A stretch of DNA of 64,000 nt from Phoronis australis. Its lineage: Eukaryota > Animalia > Phoronida. The position numbers were made by a program, and so were the translations under genes. This document shows positions 1 through 12,627 of this stretch, one piece after another; the first letter of the stretch is position 1; every line of letters begins with the position of its first letter. The notes below the pieces were generated by a model, which worked only from the letters and a program-made list of their open reading frames with translations, was not told the origin of the DNA and ran no database searches. The stretch lies in NCBI GenBank assembly GCA_002633005.1, contig NMRA01000018.1, positions 1,437,531 to 1,501,530 on the forward strand, read 5' to 3'.

Positions 1-640
1 GCTCCTGTTAGTTCGTGATACATGCACAGAACTGATGCAACACCACAGATGCATATACGGTAAAATCTAGGACACAATATGGTGATAAGAGAAATCTTCT
101 CATTTTCTTCCACTAAAGATATGTACCACCGAATTAGCGCTTTACTGTGTTCAAGCTCTGTATCATAGCTATCATTAGAAAATGTTTTTGATAAATCGTG
201 GGCATTCACAATGATAGAAGCCCTTGAAAAATGGAAAAAGCAATTCTGGTAATTATTTTTATCCGAAATTAGTGAGATTTTACCACATACACATCCGTGG
301 GCGACACCTATGGGGATAGTCAACTCGCAAACTTTCCAATCAGAGGAAGTTAATAGTTAGGAACTTGACTGTATTATCGGCTTGAATGAAGATGACTGTG
401 CATCGGAGCCTGGAACGAGGCTCCGGTGCACAGTTGGTTGGAACGAGGCTACAGTGGTTCTTGTGTTGATCTATTGATAAAGTACCGGTACATGTTATTG
501 TGTAAACTGCTTTTTTACTGACAACAGAACTTTTTGAATTTAATGGTTTATAAACAACACAACTATCAAGCAAAAAAAAATTCTGCATGGTAGGTTAATA
601 AAGGAATTTCTAAAGTGAAACCGTATAGTTTGAGACAAGG

Positions 641-1771
641 CTATTGGTATTTACTTTGTGAATCAATTATTTCTAGTATTTTTTCATCCAACCCCATAGC
701 ACTTGCTTCCTCTACAATGATCTCAATTTCTTCAAGTCGTTCCTCTTTTTCCAAGAGAATCAGCAATGTAGCAAAAAGCTGGGCTTTCAACTTCCTGCGC
801 AAAAAGTCTTTATGCATCAAATGTTTCAGAATGGATATTTTGTTGAATTCCACTTTATCCTTGCTGAAGATAATGTCATTCACAGCAACTCTCAAAAATG
901 GAGCCAGATTCATTTCAGTTTCCGTACTCATAGATTCTGTATTCTTTTCTTCATCAGTCCGCATATCTGAAATTGAACTTAGCATATCTGCCACCATCTG
1001 AGCATCTTTGCTGTTCCACTCATCACCTTCTTTCTTGGAAATCAATGCTTCTGCCTGAGTGAACTCTTCACAATACAAAAAGCACTTCCATAAACAAATT
1101 AACGGAACAAGGTCAGACGACAATTTGCAGTTTTCAACAAACTCCCTTAGTCTCGGGAGTATACATGGAAAGTCTTTTATAATTGATGTGGCAAGATGGA
1201 CAAAGAATATTTCAACTTTTTCAAAATTCCTATTTCTGTGGTACATCAGTTTAACACAGTCCACACCTTCAGTAATTCTTCCGGAATTTTTGTAAGCACT
1301 GAACAGTGACGAATAGAACGAATCAGGTGAACACACCTTGGATGCCAGAAGTCTCTCCTGTATTTCAAGTAGAGCTTCAACTTCACCCACATTACCCAGC
1401 TGCTGAATGAAGTTCACAATTGTATCACCAGGTGGCATAACGTCACTATCCATGCACAGTAACAAAAATGCAACGGCTTTCTTAAATTGCCAATTGTTCA
1501 TGTACTTAATCAACTTTCTGTTGTTCTCTGCATGGCTTCCCGTCGAACAGAATCTGGATAAAGACAGACTGACGTAATTAGTCCCGTTTTTGGTGATAGT
1601 CGAGAGGCCTTTTTGTTTATGACCTCCACCATTTGCATCGGCATCGCCATCGAAACACAAGTCATTTGCCAGAGATCCTAAAAGAAATGGTTTTAAACCA
1701 TCGCGTCGGAATAGGCATCCAATAAAACGCTCTGCGGGATTGCTTCGAAAGTTTGGTAGCCTTCTTAGCAT
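641..1771 (-). CDS. Intronless PPR/helical-repeat protein (~376 aa) similar to the LRPPRC C-terminal region; probably mitochondrial
   Basis: Long uninterrupted ORF. The first ATG is at 1771 (MLRRLPNFRS..., Arg-rich and presequence-like); the track start at 1861 is TTG. PPR-like motif PDSFYSSLFSAYKNSGRITEGVDCVKLM. KAVAFL..MDSDVMP..TIVNFIQQLGNVGEVEALLEIQERL resembles recalled human [44 protein letters not shown]. A possible donor (AA|GTAAAT) just before the stop could add a short 3' exon. Confidence 0.7.
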   Translation of the reverse strand: MLRRLPNFRSNPAERFIGCLFRRDGLKPFLLGSLANDLCFDGDADANGGGHKQKGLSTITKNGTNYVSLSLSRFCSTGSHAENNRKLIKYMNNWQFKKAVAFLLLCMDSDVMPPGDTIVNFIQQLGNVGEVEALLEIQERLLASKVCSPDSFYSSLFSAYKNSGRITEGVDCVKLMYHRNRNFEKVEIFFVHLATSIIKDFPCILPRLREFVENCKLSSDLVPLICLWKCFLYCEEFTQAEALISKKEGDEWNSKDAQMVADMLSSISDMRTDEEKNTESMSTETEMNLAPFLRVAVNDIIFSKDKVEFNKISILKHLMHKDFLRRKLKAQLFATLLILLEKEERLEEIEIIVEEASAMGLDEKILEIIDSQSKYQ

Positions 1772-2959
1772 ATCAGCAGTGGGCTTCGCGATACAAGCAC
1801 AAAATATCGTTGTTTCACAAGACAGTTTCACATTGCGCAGGCGGCCATTTTTGGTGGGCAATCCCCAATATATGACCTATTTTCAAAACGAGGTTAAGGG
1901 ATTCCCCCGACTTTTGTACAGTTTTGTGGACGGTGTGAAATAATTGTTTTCAATTGCATACACTACGTTATAGTGTTTTAGGTATAATTACACACTGATC
2001 AGCTTGGGTTTATTAAATAAATAATTTAACAGAAAAGTGTATAAAGCAGTTGTTGCCATATATAGGGGCTCATCAACGGAAGGAGGTGCTTTGTTATATA
2101 AGTGACAGAACATCAAAATTTGTGCATATTGTATAGCTCTCATTCAGGGTCACTTTACACTGAAACTGATACGTAAGGTGTTCCAATATGAAACATCTAC
2201 GAAATTTTTGATGTATTGAAATTAGGATTTTGTTAACATCATTTAGATCACAATCAAAGTCAGTGACTGTGAAAAGAAAACACTCAGGCAATGTCATAAC
2301 ATAAATTTTCATCTAGTTCACAGTCCCCAAATAAAAGATGGTCATAAAAGTAAAACATGGTTGTGGTTTGTGGAATGGAGATTCTAAACACTTTGGATTA
2401 TACAGAGTCACCTGTAAGCACCTTAAGAAACTACATAACAGCCAAGATGTAGGGAAAGATTATATAACTTTTTAATCTATGGTAAGACTGAAATCCTTTA
2501 TAATCCTTGATTAAATGTCTGCGATCGTTGATTGAGTGACTTAAATCACTTACTGGTCTATGAGCAGAGGTGGAGAAACAGAGAAGGTTACTTTTGCGTA
2601 GTAGCAGCAGAAGCCTACCTTTTGTTAGAAATCCCTTTGGCAATCACCATAGACTTGGACGTGGACGTAGTTATGTGAAATGCTACATGAGCACACGGAA
2701 ACTGGTTAGTTATACAAATGTAACCTAAGCTTATGATTCCTTTTAATATTTCATTTTGGAAGTATGTTGTTTTGGGAACTTATTTTACTTACTCAGTACT
2801 ACTGGCTATTTTAGTAAACACGTTCCCCTGCGGGCTTCTCTTAGAAAAAATTACAAGTATGCTTCCATGGGCCTACTTTGACCTATAATCAAAAATTTCT
2901 CCGGTTCAAAAATTGGTTAAAGCTCTCTAAAAGTATCTAAGCACATTGGTTCTCATTCC

Positions 2960-4610
2960 ATGTTCTTGTTGCTGGCCCAGGCTTGAACCTGAGATACCAG
3001 AAAGGTAAACTTAAGCAAAGCAAAGTGCTGAAAAACGCCCATAAGGGTGTTTATCAGTAAAATAAAAATGGCCTGGTGCAGAATATATCAAATCTGTCTG
3101 AAAAAGGGAAGGCATCAATGTCTACCTAAGCTTTTTGCCCCATTCCATGGAAATCTGTTGAAGAATTCAAAAGACGTTAGTGTAAAAAATCACATCCCAT
3201 TAGAATGTAGAGTGTTTGTCGGATCTGTCCATCTGCCAAGTTAATACAGATACACTTGCCAAATTTCGCAAAGATCCTGTAAGGGGTTTAAGAGATACAG
3301 GTGCAGTTGTAAAATGCAACTAAGGGGCATCTCAGAAGTTGGATCAATCTGAAATTCAGTGAGTTGTGCTCTTGTCAGTGCGACTACGCATCTTTCAATT
3401 TTCATGTTGATCCTATGAGCACTTTGCCAGATACAGAGACGGACGACAAAAAAAAAACTCAGAAAATAATAAAAATAGACACCAGAAGTGCAGAAAACGT
3501 CAAATCCATCTCAAAATGGAATGGCGCTGTGGTTTCAGTAAGAGAAACCTATTCGCCAAAACTGTCAAGGAACACTGAAAATACAGATGCAAATGTAAAA
3601 GCTGAAGTTCACGCTACGGGCCACAGGGGAAGCCACATCCATCCAGAAGTCATCGTCAGCATTTGTCACATTCATAGGAAAACACTTATTAATAAGAAAA
3701 TTCAGAAAGATCTAAAAGATTAAGATGTAGAAGCGGATGCAAAAATTGACCGTTAAGGGCCACATTAGTCGTACTCATCCGAAAATCAACTTTATTAGCT
3801 ATGGTTACTGATCAGTTTTCACAATACTTTGAGCAGTTTTGCAAATAAAGTGGTGGCCGCCAAGAAAGTCAGAGTAAGAAATAAAAATGGACACCCGTCC
3901 AAAAATAGAAAGGTACAGTAATCTCCTTAATAGAAAAATATTTGCCAAATTTTATTACAATCCATATAGGAACTCCGAAGATACAGAAACAAAGGCAAAA
4001 AATTGCCACTGGGGGCACAATGGTAGTTACATTGGTACAACACTTTATCAACTGTTGCCAACTCCATAAGCACACATCTGCCAAATTTTACAAAGCATCA
4101 AAAAAGGATTAAGGAGATAAGGACGCAAAAGAAAATTGCCTCTATAGCCTAGACGGCACCACCACAGTAGTCGCACCTGTCCGAAAATAAGTGTTAAGTA
4201 TGGTCTTCTCAAAAACGCAGCTGCAGATTTTCAGGTCTCTTTGAGGAGATTGGTAGATAGAGGTGGATGCCAGAAAACAGACAAAAGAATAACAAAAATG
4301 ACCATTAGGTGGTTCAAAATATGTCAAATCCTTCCGAAAATGGAATGGCCTCACAGTCTCCTTCATAGAAACATATTCGCCAAATTTCATGAAAACCCAT
4401 TAAGGAACTCCAAAGATAAAGTATCAAACGTAAGCAATTAAAATTATCTTTAGGGGGCACAGTGGTAGTTGGATCAATCTGAAATTTGACGCCTGTTGTC
4501 ACCTTCATTGGAAAACATCTGCCAAATGTCATCAAGTTCCTGTAAAGAGTTTAGAAGATGTTCAGCAGATGCCGGACACTAGTACTGAGATGACAGCAAT
4601 ATGCGCCCAC
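2960..4610 (+). repeat. Degenerate interspersed repeat with internal tandem subunits (GCCAAATTT cores); possibly a Helitron/Helentron-associated element
   Basis: Recurrent 'acatctgccaaattt...aagatcctgtaagg...agagatacag'-like units near 3255, 3940, 4078, 4378 and 4517. The 3' end 'cagatgccgg...gcaatatgcgccc' matches the inverted copy at ~59480. Boundaries approximate. Confidence 0.55.
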
Positions 4611-6450
4611 ATTATTATTTGTATATGAGGGTGCAAATTAGTAATTTTCAAATATACACCCTGGTCCTGGGGCTCATTGTTGAAAATTCCTGGTGCAGCA
4701 TTACTTATTCTTGTGTTAATGAGAAGTCATTCCTATCTTAACTTTGGCAACAGCACGCAGAGACTATCTTGTAAACATTTATTTCAAAGCAAGCCACGTC
4801 AATAACAACAGTGTTTACAATACCTACATAAAGCCATGCTTGGAATAGCCTTTCATAAATTCACACACTTATTGATATCCTATGAACCACAATCAACTTT
4901 TGAAGTATACATAGTTGAAGCAACTTTGCATTATGGACGGAATACGTAGCGTATAACATAATTACAATAACTACGATAGCGCATATCGGTGTAAATCCAA
5001 TACTTTAAGAGTACTTGACTCCACATGGAGAATTTATTGGAGCAGGAGGTCTCCTCTCTCCGTGCAGAATCAAAAAAAAAACATCAGATGCCATTTCCGG
5101 GGTTACACAACACTTTTCCTTTGGAAATTGTGGTTAGGCTCCCCCCTTCCCAATCCTGAATCTGCCACACAGTGCACCTATCTGTATGGAACATTGACCT
5201 TAAGCAGAGAAAACATAGACTGGGTACAAAATAAAGTCATGATTGAAAGTTCATTGATGTCATGTCGACCAAGCGTTGTAGACAAAATGACAGGAAAAGT
5301 GAAATTAAGATGGTAAATTATCATCGAACCAATAAAAAAGGCAAGACAAAACAGAGTTGTATAAAAATAGAAAATTACATACAATAACAACTGCAAACCA
5401 AAAACATATTACAATAAAAATACACTGTCACGTTTAAATTCAGCTTAGAAGTAGTCTTGGGTGGTTTTGGAGTGATTACAAATAAATCATCTTGTCTTGA
5501 CCTAAATACATGGGCCTCCAACCCTGACATTTAAAGATGTCGCGAAGTATAACTTTACCACTGCTCCAACCATTGCCGAGATTCCCAATAATTCACTCAG
5601 GGCTGTTCCAGAAAAATCTGTATGAGAGGGGCAAAATCTCGTGTCAAATAAAGAATGAGGGTGGATTTCTTTGGAAAAAAATAAAAAACTATCACTTATT
5701 CTATTTAATACAGTGTTGGTTGTTTTTTTGATCCAAAAATTTTTCCCAGGTCATATGGTAATTCAATATTTTATTGAGCACACAAGATGTCTGACAATTG
5801 AAACTTTATTTTGTCACATATATCCACAAAAATGTAAAATTTCAGTCTATTACTAGCATGGTTTGAATTATGTAGATGCCCAAGTTAATAGTAAAAATTA
5901 CAGGTGGTGGATTAGGAAAACAAAACAAAAATATGGGTGGCGGTTGAAAATAAGTGCTTTCCTCGAAGTTCCTCCTCCCGCACTGACTTTACGGAAACAG
6001 CTCTCATTCCCTCAATGCAATTGGCCGGTAGGTAGTGCTCTGATTTAACAACTAAAGTTTTGAGCATATGTCCCTGTGTGTCATTTTACACAAACTTCCA
6101 CTGGCCAGAAAACAATCCAGTTACTACACGATCATGTCAAATTGTCAGATCTATAATTCCAGGTTTCTAGTTATGACGTCAGTCACATGAAAGCATGTTT
6201 GATCCAGAATGTAAATATAAGACTTGCACGACCAACATCCAGTTTCAAATACAAGTTTCACCCAAACGAGATAAGTCGCTTTGAAAGTGGAAACTGAAAT
6301 CCTAACAAAAACAATTTTTGGAAGTTGTTCATATACTACGAAACAACATGCAAATAAGCAACTGAAATACACAAAGTATAGAGTACTTGAATATTCTCGT
6401 AATCTCTAACTGACTAGAGTTAAGTAATTAAACCATATACTTGGATTGGG

Positions 6451-6568
6451 CACTGTTCGGATAAAGTGGTCCATGATTTTGAGAACCAGTTTCATCCACT
6501 GAATAATGGGCCTGTTATTCAGTGATTGCCTGGTTCTCAAAATCATGGACAGCTTCATCCGAGCAGTG
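6451..6568. mobile_element. Palindromic MITE family A, copy 1
   Basis: Arms ctgttcggataaagtggtccatgattttgagaaccag / ctggttctcaaaatcatggacagcttcatccgagcag; related copies at 8598, 9693 and 11849. Confidence 0.75.
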
Positions 6569-7545
6569 TCCTTGGATTTCACTAGTTTGTAAAAGATGAA
6601 TGTATAATTTCTTTGTCTCATCAGGTTTTGAAAATGTATCGTTGCCTTACACTAGTAAAAAGCCACTTATAATGCCTGTGACATTAGAAATTATAAAGTC
6701 TAAATTCTAGTCAGATCACAATAATAACAAAGCACCATTAATAATATAAATATCAAATACATCAACAGCATGCAACAATAGTCATATAATGATGTCTAAA
6801 ATGCAGTTCACAGCACCAAGTTCTAACGTCCACACAGATCGAAAACTTCCACAAGTCTGAAAAGTAAGAAATGAAAAGAAAACTAAGTTTTTGTGATAAA
6901 GAACACTTAAACTGTTGCTGTCTTGTTTGCCCACTTTACATACATTTAGACAACACCTTAGAAAAAGTTGCAGTGCTGGCAGTTGGAAGAAAAGATTATT
7001 CTAAAATTCGTAGAAAAATTCATATCGTTTATTACAGGATTAGACTGCAGAAGCAATAATTGCAGAAAAAAAGTATACTTGCATGAAGGAAACTGGCCTG
7101 TTTATAAAGATGTTGATTTCACATTCAAACTGTTTGACACCAGAATAGAAAAAGGAAAATACAGTAAACAATAATGCTTTATGCCATACTAGTCCTAAGC
7201 CAACACTACTGTATTAAATTGTTTTGGTCACAGTGAATTTGATTCTGATCTTGATTTTTGCTGAATGAGCTGGCAACTCAAAATACAGGCAACCCATACA
7301 AGTGGTATTTTCAAATCTGCAATTTTAAGATTGGCCAACCCTGAATTGGCTAATGAACTCTGAAGTGTTTTCTTCAGACACTGATAGTTTTACTGTTTTT
7401 CTTGGTAACTGAAATAGTATCGTATCACGTTATGGAATATTATAAGACTGGTCATATGAGAGTAAAAGGCTCAATTAGATTTTAGTTTTTAGCCAGACAA
7501 ATGGTATGAAATGCAGCTAGTGAAATCTTAATCTTTTATGTTTAC

Positions 7546-9251
7546 CTATTCTTTGCAGCCAAGAGCAGCGTCTAATCCATCGGCGAGACTGGAAAGACAT
7601 TGGATGCCATCATTCACACTTTTCTTACTTCGTCCCGGACTACTGAACGCAAATCTGAAACACAATTATAACTGTTCTATTAATGTCGTCTTCATTTACA
7701 CAAAGATCACCTGTGGCTATGCGTTTTGCATGGTAAAAATTCTTCAGTGTGGTACAAAAATAATTGCTCAAATTGTAATTTTCCAATTTCCAAAGATTTC
7801 ACTATTCGCCATTTCGCTCAAATTCTTGTTGCATGTGACTACCTCGTTGACCACTGAATATGACAAACAAAAATTTTAACATCTAATGCTAATGAGAATT
7901 TTTAAAAGAATTAAAGTATGCAGAATGATTGATTTAGTTGGGATTGTTTAACAAGTTTGTAATTATTCAGTTTTGAGACATTGTAAATACGTCAATTCTG
8001 TGCATGAGAATATGCTGTCATGTGAGTAAGCGCATAAATATAGCAAGAGTAAGTATTGTCAGTCTCTTCCACGCCACCTACTGGTCACAGCATGTAACCT
8101 GTTATCAGCTCAAGTCTGAAAGATGCTGTAGTAACAGGGACATGATGCAATCCGTACAGGGTTAAGTCTTACACCTGAATAGAAATATTATCAGACTTAT
8201 TCATAGATCACGCCAAGTGACCATCAAGTCAATACTCTGTGGTCTATCTTCATTTCAGTACCTTCTTGGCTTGGCATAGTGAACATCAATTTTGTAGCGT
8301 ATTGTCGGCTGCGAAGGTGTGTCAATACAGAATGGCGAGTACAACTTGACATGACTGGTAGGGGTTGCCTTCACCTTCTCTGGAGAACACCCTGGGGTGT
8401 TAGTTATAAGAGGACTTCTTCGCAGTGTTGACTTTCTTAATTTCTGAAGAAAAGATACTTAATTAATATCAAAATTACAACGAGGATGTCTGAATTATAT
8501 GGAAATATATGGTTTGAATAGTAGCCATTTAGAATAAAAATTTCAGCTTTTTAATCTAATTTTCATGTTAAATGTAGTCTGTTTACCTGATTACACTGGT
8601 CCTGGATTTTGAGAACCAGTTTGCTGCCTATTATTAAGTAAAGAATGGTTCTCAAAATATGGAACCGTTGGTACTGCCTAAATTTAAAGACAACCCAAGC
8701 TAAGGGCAAGGGTAAAGACTTGACAGTGCTTCTTAATTTCAGGAATCCAGACAATTTAATCAGACGAAGTCCACAAGAAATTGCTGAAGAAGAATTTAAC
8801 CACTATACCCAACTTAGATGGTTAGGCCTACCTGTCTCCAAGTGGATAATGTTTGTCTCATGGACTTTTTCACGTTTTTGCTTTTCTTCTGTCCACCAGA
8901 TCTAGACAGATTGTTTTCCTTGTCCTGATCATTGCTGACATTGTCTGGAGAAGTGACAATCTTGGGAGGGTTGGGTGACTCGCCAAACTGAAGATCTGGA
9001 CTCAAGCACTGAGTCTGATGATCGACCGGTGATTGTGAAGTCGTTCCAGCTTTGTTTTCCGCTTGCAAATTTCTTCTCAGAGCGAGCGACTTTTTCGACT
9101 TGCGATGTTCTTTTTTGGAGTCATTGACACGATTCGCGGTCGATTGGGGGCTGCTGAAGTAGTCCTTCTCGTTGAATAACAAGAAATTGTCGTGGTCTTT
9201 CTTCCCTATCGCGAATTTTGGAAACAACGATGTTTTGCTTCTCGAACTCAT
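7546..9251 (-). CDS. PIMREG: PIMREG/FAM64A(RCS1)-like mitotic regulator, 236 aa, 3 coding exons
   Basis: Exons 9251-8832 (420 nt), 8443-8262 (182 nt), 7654-7546 (109 nt); GT-AG and phase-consistent. C-terminal SVNDGIQCLSSLADGLDAAL resembles recalled human PIMREG PVGAGIQHLQKLSQELDEAI. KEN box (DKEN), many SP/TP sites, length close to the human protein. Confidence 0.65.
8598..8667. mobile_element. Palindromic MITE family A, short copy
   Basis: gattttgagaaccagtt...tggttctcaaaat inverted arms. Confidence 0.55.
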
Positions 9252-9541
9252 CTTTTCAAAATTTTGAATTTGCCGCCTTACGGCAAACAACACGACATTG
9301 GTCCAATTTTGAGTTTGGCTAAAAAAAATTATTCACCAAATTCACATACAATTTATGAAATTTTTTAATGTATATCGACGATTTTTGTCTGTTTCTTGTA
9401 AATGCAATATCAATATTTGTGATTTTGTGTTAAACAATGTCGTGAATTGGTGAAAACTACCGACGGTAAACTCCATTTCCGCCGACTGTGATAGTGGAAT
9501 GGTAAAAATAAGCAGATGAACGATGTTTGTGGATTGAAAAC
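9252..9541. promoter_or_regulatory. Bidirectional promoter PIMREG-like / MED31 with CDE-CHR-like element and CCAAT boxes
   Basis: Start codons 290 bp apart. Minus strand GGCGG-CAAA-TTCAAA-AT-TTTGAA at 9277-9255; ATTGG 9297-9301 and CCAAT 9303-9307. Confidence 0.6.
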
Positions 9542-12500
9542 ATGGGTAAATAATTTAAAAAGGGAAAATGTAATCTTCCAGAGTGACTGATTTTTTTTGC
9601 GATCCCAAAAGTCTGAGAATGAATTCTTATTCCACTTTCAGTGCTTTATTTGGTGGCAATGCCACTTCACATATTGAATTTGGGGCACTGCCACTGGTCG
9701 GATATAGCGGTCCCAGATTTAGAGAACCAGGCAGTCACCAAATAACGGGCCCATTACTTAGTGGATGAAACTGGTTCTCTTAATCATGGACCGCTATATC
9801 CCACCAGTTCCTGAATTTATGCACTGGAGAAAAATTCCAAGTTGACTCGGAAGTCGCGACAGCGAGCATCAAAGTCACACAATAATTCAAGGAAACTTTT
9901 TTGTTTCCAAATTTGTGGTGATTTCCAAACTGTACTCGTGACACTTAGGCCTAGCACTACGCTTTGATTTGAGATGACCACAAATCCCAAGCCATCAATG
10001 TTTTCTAGCTGAACAAACACGCCAGTAATCTAGTTGACACGTTCTGTTGCCTAGATGTTTCAATCTTTATTTCAGAACCAGATGATCAGCTACGAATTCG
10101 TTTCCAGGTGGAGTTGGAGTTTGTCCAGTGCCTTGCTAATCCGTATTATCTGAACTGTAAGTAAGAACACTAAGAAGTTACTAAACCCTGATTTGACCTG
10201 TGAACAAGTACCAACTACAACTTCAACGACAACTTATTTAAATTCTTAAAATAGAATAATTTCCTGTTATTGTTGTCCAGAGCAAGTTTGAAAATTCAGC
10301 ATAAAGCCTGTCAAATCTGTAAGCGCAATTTATAGTTCAGGCTAGCTATGCAACAGTGCCTACTTTAATAGTTTATATACTTTGGGAGAGTGTCTTATTT
10401 GAATATTGGTTTTACCACACAGAGGAGGTAAGCACCAACGGCCCATAAGCAGGCCTTTATGCAGTGTAGGTCCACTAATCTGGACGCCCTGGCAAGGACA
10501 CCCACTGTCAATAGGAACCTTTCAAGTTTGGACTCACACATTGTAATGAATACTAAGAAGCCTCTGAAGGCTCACAGTGGGGGCTCTTTTTTCAAAGCAG
10601 GAAGAAATATACAATGTATATACAAAGTAAATACAATGTTGCTATGCTCACACTAAGTTGATAGCATTGTAAAAGTCTTGGTCTACAGTTTTTTAGTAAA
10701 AATACTCACTACAGAAGGCTGTTTTGTAAACTTAGACGTAAAAACGCTTGGTCTATGCATTTTTTGTAAAAAAAATCTGTGTGTTTGGGGGGATTTCTGG
10801 GGTTGGGGGGTTACGTGTCAAAATTATGGACACCCTGGAATATTGGGAACCCCATTTTGAACACCCTATTTTCGAAATTCTTGATAAAGGCCTGCGCATA
10901 AGTAGGTGACAGAACCAGCTTTTGGTCAACTCTCCAGTTTAACCCCTTATAGACTCGATTGTTTAAAATTGCTTTTAATTACTATTCACATGTGGTGTGA
11001 TTTTTTATGTACAGTTGATTAAATCTTGCAAGTATTACATCATCTTTCATGTTAAGGATTTGATCGTGATTTCATAAATTAATAAAAACTTGCATTACTA
11101 AGGGGTTTCAAATGGTGTGACATGATTTACCTATCGATAAAAAATGTTTAAAGATGTGTTAAACTTGGTTTTGCCTATTGAAACAATTATTTTCTCAAAG
11201 CATTCAACTGTGATAACGTAATAAGTGGCTGGATAGGATGGGAGGATGAAGTGGTTGCGACATTATTGAGATGACAAAGGGGTTGACGGGGTGGGGTAAA
11301 AAGGGACGCATTTTGGATGTTGTGATGAGCGCATAGCATTTGTTGGTTCTGAGTTGTGGGCAGAACGGCCTGCTGCAAGTCACATCACGGCAGCAATATT
11401 CTTCTTCTGTTGCAATTTGAAGAAAATTTAGTCAGATTTAATTGGGTTTTGCAGTCATACCAATACACGGAAAACTGACTACATCCACTCATCATCCTGT
11501 TGGTAGTCCGCTGAAGTTTACGTGTGTGTGAGTAACACACTTACGCACATCTGGTTTTTATCATGGTCATCTTTGTTTCAGTTCTTGCCCAGAGAGGCTA
11601 TTTTCGCGATCAGGCTTTTGTAAACTACCTCAAGTATCTACAATATTGGAAAGAACCAGAATATGCCAAGTTTCTCAAGTGAGTTGTTTCTTAACGTAAC
11701 ATGTCTTTATATAGTCAAGAAATAGCCATGTCATGTGACCACTTTAGTTAACCCACGTCAAACAACCAAAATAACACGGGAATCATGAAAATAACATCTC
11801 GGGAAAAATCTAGTTTGTTTCAATTATTTGATATCAAGATGTTGGCAATAGTCTGTTGTAACGTGCCTGCATTTTGAGAACCAGTTGATGCCTGTTATTC
11901 AGTGGACAAAACTGGTTCTCCGAATGCGGGCACATTATATCAGACTACTGGCGCAAGTTTTTTTTTTCTGTTTCTTGTGTATGTCATTTTTAATACAAAT
12001 GTGATAACTTACCCACATGCATTGCAGTTGTATTATACCTCATAAGTTTCTGCATTGTCTTTAAAACCTGTAATCCCTCCTTCAGTCAAAACTTTTAATT
12101 CATTCTAATTTCTGTTGCGAAAGTGGTGTCACCTTGTTTGTTTCTCAGATTAGAACTGATTTATGGGCCCGTCATGAAGTGACTATCCTTTGTTGTTTGA
12201 GACTAGGTTCAAAAGGTTGGCTTTCATGCGCCATGCATGGTCTCACTCAAGCAATAAATAAATCTCAGTTTTTCTCTAACTCAGAAATTTCTTCTAACTT
12301 GAGTACCAAAAATGTCGAGACAAGTTCTAAAACGGCATAGCCCTAGTCTAAAGATTTTTGAAAGAAGGAAAGTTTATAACACTTCTAACTGCGTTGACCT
12401 TTTCTCGTGTCAGGTACCCCCAATGTTTACACTTTCTGGAGTTGCTGCAGTATGAACACTTCCGCAAGGAGTTGGTAAGCAATCAGTGTGCCAAGTTTAT

Positions 12501-12627
12501 TGATGACCAACAGCTCCTTCACTGGCAGCACTATCAGAGGAAGAGAGTGAAACTGTTACAAACACAAGTTGACAAAACAGCAGAGCAGCAGCAGCAGCAG
12601 CAGCAACACCAACAACAGAAAAGTTAG
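9542..12627 (+). CDS. MED31: Mediator complex subunit 31 (SOH1), 4 exons
   Basis: Exons 9542-9545 (ATG G), 10076-10156, 11582-11678, 12414-12627. They give [81 protein letters not shown]...HWQHYQRKR plus a polyQ tail, the MED31 signature. Confidence 0.97.
9693..9808. mobile_element. Palindromic MITE family A, copy in MED31 intron 1
   Basis: actggtcggatatagcggtcccagatttagagaaccag / ctggttctcttaatcatggaccgctatatcccaccagt. Confidence 0.75.
11849..11947. mobile_element. Palindromic MITE family A, copy in MED31 intron 3
   Basis: tagtctg...gcattttgagaaccagtt / aactggttctccgaatgc...cagacta. Confidence 0.65.

Noticed and set aside
615-1295. Plus-strand ORFs of 128 and 78 aa
   Set aside because: Antisense shadows of the PPR-like gene.
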